The notes beneath the pieces were generated by a model that did no database searches, was not told where the DNA came from, and worked only from the letters and a program-made list of their open reading frames with translations. A stretch of DNA of 64,000 nucleotides from Oikopleura dioica (lineage: Eukaryota; Animalia; Chordata): the NCBI GenBank assembly GCA_907165135.1, contig OU015568.1, forward strand, positions 5,704,001 through 5,768,000. The letters run 5' to 3'. This document shows, piece by piece, positions 60,118 through 64,000 of this stretch. Position numbers and translations under genes: made by a program. How positions within the stretch are numbered: the stretch's first letter is position 1; each line of letters begins with the position of its first letter.

Positions 60118-63100
60118 CTAATACGCTAGGACACTAAAATAGCTCAAAATCGAAAATCTGGGCTCAGCAACCTGTGTAGAAAACCTGAGTCAGGGTCTGA
60201 AACATAGTTAATGAAAAGCGGCTTTTTTAGATTTAATATTTCTTTAGATTTAATGAGATTTTTAACAATTTTTCGGATTTTTTTTTTCTTTCAGACCCTG
60301 ACTCAGATTTTCTACACAGGTTGCCGAGCCCGTTCGAAGATGACTCGTACGTAAATCGATTCATTTCTTCTTCGATGATGTCGAAAACGATGAATGTTGG
60401 GACGAGCCTCTTTCCCTTCAAACCGAGTTGATTTTCCATGACCATTAGTTTTCCGGAAACGATAAAGGTGTAAAGGTACGATTTGTCGTATCGATCGGGG
60501 GCTATTCGATCAGATTTGTAGGAAGAAATTATCGTCCAATGACCTTGATGAAGTCTGAAATCAAAAAATAGCGATAACCCGATATTTTGGCTCGACAACC
60601 TGTGAGGAAAACCTGAGTCAGGGAGTCAAAAATTTTCAATGAAAAGCCGCATTGCGGCTTTATTTTTTAAACGAAGCCGCCAAGCGGCTTTGCAAAATTA
60701 TTTTTTAGGTCGATTTTCAAATTCTAGCGGCTTTTCATGAGAATTTTTTTTTGACCCTGACTCAGGTTTTCTACATAGCTCGCCGAGCCCTGCCTTATAT
60801 TCAAAACTAACCTGTGAACATGAAAGTAGATATATCTCCAATCATAAATCTGATTCGAAGAAGTGACGAAAGTGATTCCCTCCCGATCCGGATACGCATC
60901 GAGAAAGACATTATCAACATGTTTCCGCTCGTCAAAATACGATGGGAGGTAGAAATTTTGAGACGTCCACGATTCCTCTCTTCGTTGAATGCCATGAAAA
61001 GTGTCAACCCGGATTTGCTGCCGAGAAAGGTTCAAAATCGTCTGAAATTTTCGATGAAAGGATGGAGCTAGAATTGAGACATACGAATTTTTGATTATGA
61101 GTGTACCCATGACTTCTTTTTTGAAAATCCTCGAAGGTAAATTGAAGCGGTTTTCGATAAAGAACTTCTGCAAGGCCTGAAGCTCGCGATTCATCAATTG
61201 TATAACAAACGTCTCTAGAATCAAATCAACTCAACGATTTACGGTTTTCTAGCTCTTACTGATTCTCCCTCGGTCCACAGACAAAAATCCTCTCAACAAC
61301 CGGCTCATTTACTTGAGCGCTAAGAATTCCATTTCCGCACAAAGAAGTGCCATATCTTCCAAAAACAAAGCCCGGCATATCTTCCCTCATCGACAAAACC
61401 CCTTCATTGCGGCCTTCCGTGTCGTATTTGAACAAATTCGCAGTCAGTTCAGGGGAGTAGTCGTTGTTGTTTCCAATAACAATCGTGGCGAAAATGTAAA
61501 AATGGCCTTGGAAAAATGTCGTGCAGACGGATCCGTCATAAGTTCCGAAAACAAAGAGCTCGGTGGTTTCGACTGTTTTTTCGTCGAAACTGACCAGCAT
61601 TGCTCGAAGCTGGGCTCGGCAACCTGTGTAGAAAACCTGAGTCAGGGTCTGAAAAATGTCTGAAGAAAAGCCGCGTAGCGGCTTCTTCAGATATAAAGCC
61701 GCAAACCTGCTTCGCAAAAAAATCTTTCAAAATCTGGCGAAGCCGCTTTGCGGCTTTATTTTTGAAGAAGCCGCTACGCGGCTTTTCATCAGAGATCTCT
61801 CAGACCCTGACTCAGGTTTTCTACCCAGGTTGCCGAGCCCAGGCCCCAAGAGTAGGTTCCGCATTCAAATCGGCAATCGTCTTTTTCTCATAAGCGACAA
61901 GTGTCTTTGGCGGGAATCCCTTTCGACATTGAAAATCGGGACAGGGACAACCTTTTGGACAGTTTTTCTGAAAAGGGCAAACGTCGTTGGAGTACTTTGA
62001 CCCGATTATTCGACAGATTTCGCGGCAGTTTGTCAGGTCCTCCAGCTTTGTGAGACTTGTTGGATCGCAGAGGGTTCGGCAAAGAGCGGTTTCGATTGAG
62101 AAGAGATACATGCATTGGTTTTTGTTTTCTTCGTTTTCGAAATCAGTAAAGGTTTCATTTTTTGCTTTGCGCTTTTTGACGAGCGCGATTTTCGGGCTTG
62201 GAAAGATGAATTCTCTGTAGTTGTCGTTATAAATGTCGCCGCAGTCGTACAAAGAAGCAGCGCATGCATCGAAATCGTAATCGTTTTTGATGCAGCTCTT
62301 GAATTTCATGACACAGGCGGATCCAAAAGAAGGGCGATATTTGACCATATCCCAGTGGATCAAATTCGAAGCGATCATGATCAGAATCCAAAAGATGGAA
62401 CCGAAAATTACCAGGTTGATGTATTGGTTCAAGGTTCCAAAGCCATGGTTCGAGACAGAGCTCCAAATTCACCTCACTCATGATTCACCTTGGTGAAGGT
62501 GGGTAAAGGTGAAAAAATTTCACCTCACCTCACCTAAATTTTTCGAAAATCGACTTTCACTCACCTTCACCTTGGGGTGAAATAGGGTGAAAATTTTTCA
62601 CCTCACCTCATCTCACCAATATTTTTTTGAAAATGAATTTTCACCTTATTTCACCAGGTGAAGTTGAGTGAAAGCCGATTTTTGGAAATTTTTGATAAAA
62701 ATGAGGTGAGGTGAAAATTTTTCACCTTCACCCACCTTCGCCTAGGTGAATCTTGGGTGAAGTGAATTCGGAACTCTGGTTCGAGATTTTGAACCTTTTT
62801 TCTCGCTTTCGATAGAGCTTCGGCTCGATTGGATAGAGATAGACCTCGTTGTTGGAGACAAATAACTCGCCCTCTGATTCGCAGCAAATGCAACGAACCT
62901 TGATTTTGAAGAAAATAGAGAGAATGTTAAGAAGTTACCTTTTCGATGCGTTCTCGTTGTATTTTTCTCATGATTTGAGCTCTGAATGAGGAATAGTTCC
63001 AGTGAACAGTTCTTTTCTTGAGAAAATTTAATCCTCCGCGGAGATAGATATTTCCTGGCTCCGAAGTTTCAAGAATATGACAGTGTAGTTCAGGAAGGTT

Positions 63101-63140
63101 CGAATTTGAACTCGAGCATTTTTCTTCAGATTTCGTCAGC
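60118..63140 (-). CDS. Cys-rich type II membrane plus propeller-like protein, interrupted in-frame by four MITEs
   Basis: TM INLVIFGSIFWILIMIASNLI and CPFQKNCPKGCPCPDFQC, followed by segments 61256-61609, 60793-61224, 60334-60585 and 60118-60157. Frames join when each MITE plus one TSD is removed. Confidence 0.55.
60158..60333. mobile_element. CTGGGCTC-family MITE
   Basis: TSD tcgaaaat / tcgaagat. Confidence 0.8.
60586..60792. mobile_element. CTGGGCTC-family MITE, with a CAGGGCTC-type terminus at one end
   Basis: TSD cccgatat / ccttatat and internal AAGCCGC palindromes. Confidence 0.75.
61610..61842. mobile_element. CTGGGCTC-family MITE (long form)
   Basis: Full TIRs, TSD gctcgaag / gccccaag, internal AAGCCGC palindromes. 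Confidence 0.8.
62456..62778. mobile_element. hAT-like MITE with TCACC arrays
   Basis: TIR CAGAGCTCCAAATTCAC / GTGAATTCGGAACTCTG and perfect 8-bp TSD GTTCGAGA (62448-62455, 62779-62786). Confidence 0.88.
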
Positions 63141-64000
63141 TGTTATATGAAATAAGTAATAATTTTTATGCTCAGGAAACTGATAAAAATAATTCAAAGA
63201 GAGCCAAAATCGACCGATTTTTGCCCCCTGAGACTTCAATTTGGTTCCCAAGTCCGGCAAATTATTCCTTCATGATTTTGCCGAAAGATCTTTTTACGGA
63301 GAGAAAATGAAAATGACGAGTAATGAAGAGGGCGGTGCAAGTTGCTGAAAAATAGCGAAACTAAATACCTTGTTGCCCTGGCATTGACATTGACTTGAGC
63401 GGTATCTTCATCGCTTATTCTGAGGAGAATCAGTAAAAAGAAAAAACTAAGCGGTTAGAGAGAAAGATAACAGAGCGTGAAAGAGTTTTGTAAATTATTT
63501 ATCAAATATATTAATAAATTTATTTTATATAACTCAAAAGTAAAAGGATGAACTTGGTCTTGAGTAATTACGAGCCGGTTCGAACAACAAGCAATAAACA
63601 GTGAGTTTATAAAGTTTCGAGTCGAAAACACTAATCCATCATGATTCATGACCTTCAGTGATTATCGAGACTGGACTGGCGTCTTCAAAAGTCAAAATTT
63701 GATCAACCCACTTCGGCCAAATTCCCCAACTCGTCGGGATGCACCTCATCCTCCAGGACCGGTTCTCCGTTTCTCACTTTCTTCTCAATTCCAACTCAAG
63801 AGCCTGAAAAAGGGATGTCGATTCAACGACCTTACAACTCGGGAAACGAAACTTTTTGGATTTGGAACCCTCCTCGACGGAGAATTCAAGAGAGGTTCTC
63901 TTCCTTGTTTTCAAAAAATCTTGATTCTTTAGATATCCAGCGACGCTTCCCTACATGTCTTATCAGAACTTTACTTGTACTCATAATTCTGGTAAGATGA

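Noticed and set aside
62960-63030. Protein kinase fragment (ELFTGTIPHSEL)
   Set aside because: That frame is closed by nearby stops and no other kinase subdomains are present. A different frame is open and joins the downstream gene.

Overview
Compact, intron-dense animal DNA, most likely the larvacean tunicate Oikopleura (O. dioica or a relative). This is inferred from many ~40-60 nt introns, GA-AG introns, a Tor-like Ty3/gypsy element and lineage-specific Cys-rich/kelch gene families. Recognisable host genes are the tomosyn-like C-terminus, protein disulfide isomerase, a membrane-anchored sulfotransferase, an LRR-Ig membrane protein with an intronic tRNA-Ala, 5-hydroxyisourate hydrolase with a signal peptide, a PAN/EGF membrane protein, sphingolipid delta-4 desaturase, an NR1H/NR1I-type nuclear receptor and two C3HGC3 RING proteins. 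A young full-length LTR retrotransposon (6261-13265) has identical 235-bp LTRs, a CCCH-finger Gag, a UGA-CUAG gag-pol readthrough junction and an extra non-env ORF. Many non-autonomous DNA transposons are present (hAT-, pogo-, piggyBac-, Kolobok- and Mutator-like). The main finding is a hAT-like MITE family (TIR CTGGGCTC...GAGCCCAG, 8-bp TSD) that sits inside coding exons and appears to form precise new introns. It supplies the AG acceptor from its own end and takes a G-starting donor from the target-site duplication, i.e. an Introner-like system. Repeated 1-nt deletions in short homopolymers suggest residual assembly errors, so several frameshifts may not be real. All splicing calls come from reading-frame logic only, without transcript data.
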